A stretch of 63,647 nt of DNA, filler included, from Polymyxa betae A26-41 (Eukaryota > Protista > Endomyxa: Phytomyxea): the NCBI GenBank assembly GCA_003693705.1. It is 6 parts of 6 records of this genome, joined end to end, with 100 filler letters (N's around TTAATTAATTAA, not from the genome) between each part and the next. Parts side by side here need not be neighbours in the genome. Positions count along the whole stretch, not along the records: positions 60,588 to 63,647 come from RBZT01000714.1; 5 more parts are not named here. One strand, written 5' to 3'. The translations under genes and the position numbers were made by a program. The notes beneath the pieces are model-generated. The model saw nothing but the letters and a program-made list of their open reading frames with translations, did no database searches and was not told the DNA's origin. Position 1 is the first letter of the stretch. Each line of letters begins with the position of its first letter. Positions 63,101 through 63,647 of the stretch are shown here, piece by piece.

Positions 63101-63647
63101 CAGACGTTTCCTAAGCAATCGAGGACAGCTCATCTAAATTGTCTTCTCTGTTAAGATCGTCGATCTGATGTCGCTTGTACCTTTGAGGGTGGACGCTTTT
63201 GCCTTTGCAGCTATGAGTTCTACAGAAGCATTTCCGCTGCAGCTCGTTGCTAGTTCGATGGAACTTGTTTCCAGTCATATTAAGGATGAAGATAGGTCAA
63301 CGATGATCAAGTATCAATGTCCTATCGGTTGAGATGGCGTACCAGATATTTTGCGATACAAGTTTTATTGAAAAATGCAGGAAAGGTCATCATTGATTTT
63401 GTGAGCAAATGTCTATCGTTTTTGTGTTGGTTTACCTGCATCTTCCTGGCAGCGCTTCTGAAGGTGGGCGAAAACCTGATTTCTAGTTTTTTGACCTAAG
63501 CTGCTGGTATTGATGTCAAAAATAACGTTATTGTTTTGGTTGAATCGCACGAAATCTTCATACACGGATTCCAACAGAAAACCAAGCGAATCCTTCGGGA
63601 AACAGTACTCTCCGATTTCTTTCCGCAGTGACTGCTGCTTCCGATTT

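Overview
Eukaryotic (protist-like) draft-genome window with short (about 40-60 nt) GT-AG introns and many TT(T)(T)AGGG telomere-like motifs. A plasmodiophorid/rhizarian origin is plausible but is inference only. Much of the window is a nested transposon graveyard: chromodomain-bearing and other Ty3/Gypsy elements, a Ty1/Copia element, PIF/Harbinger elements, four Pong-like copies, pogo, CACTA and RNase H-bearing LINEs. Embedded in it are GC-rich host genes: an AMPK/SNF1-like (CAMKL) kinase, a tandem SET-domain (LSMT-like) methyltransferase and long-form tRNase Z (ELAC2). There are also two inverted paralogs of a Gly/Cys-tailed membrane protein and a repeat-rich orphan block at 24.6-39.3 kb containing a catalytically degenerate USP-like domain. 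Most notable unexplained signals: (1) about 10-fold enrichment of GTAACG/CGTTAC (palindromic consensus GTAACGTTAC) through exons and introns of the SET and tRNase Z genes; (2) telomeric repeats inside introns, in some cases forming the splice donor; (3) a Tf1-style self-priming LTR element; (4) a LINE family ending in a T-loop-containing structured 3' end. Several N-gaps carry an artificial TTAATTAATTAA linker, so adjacency across them is uncertain. All coordinates and counts were read by eye.
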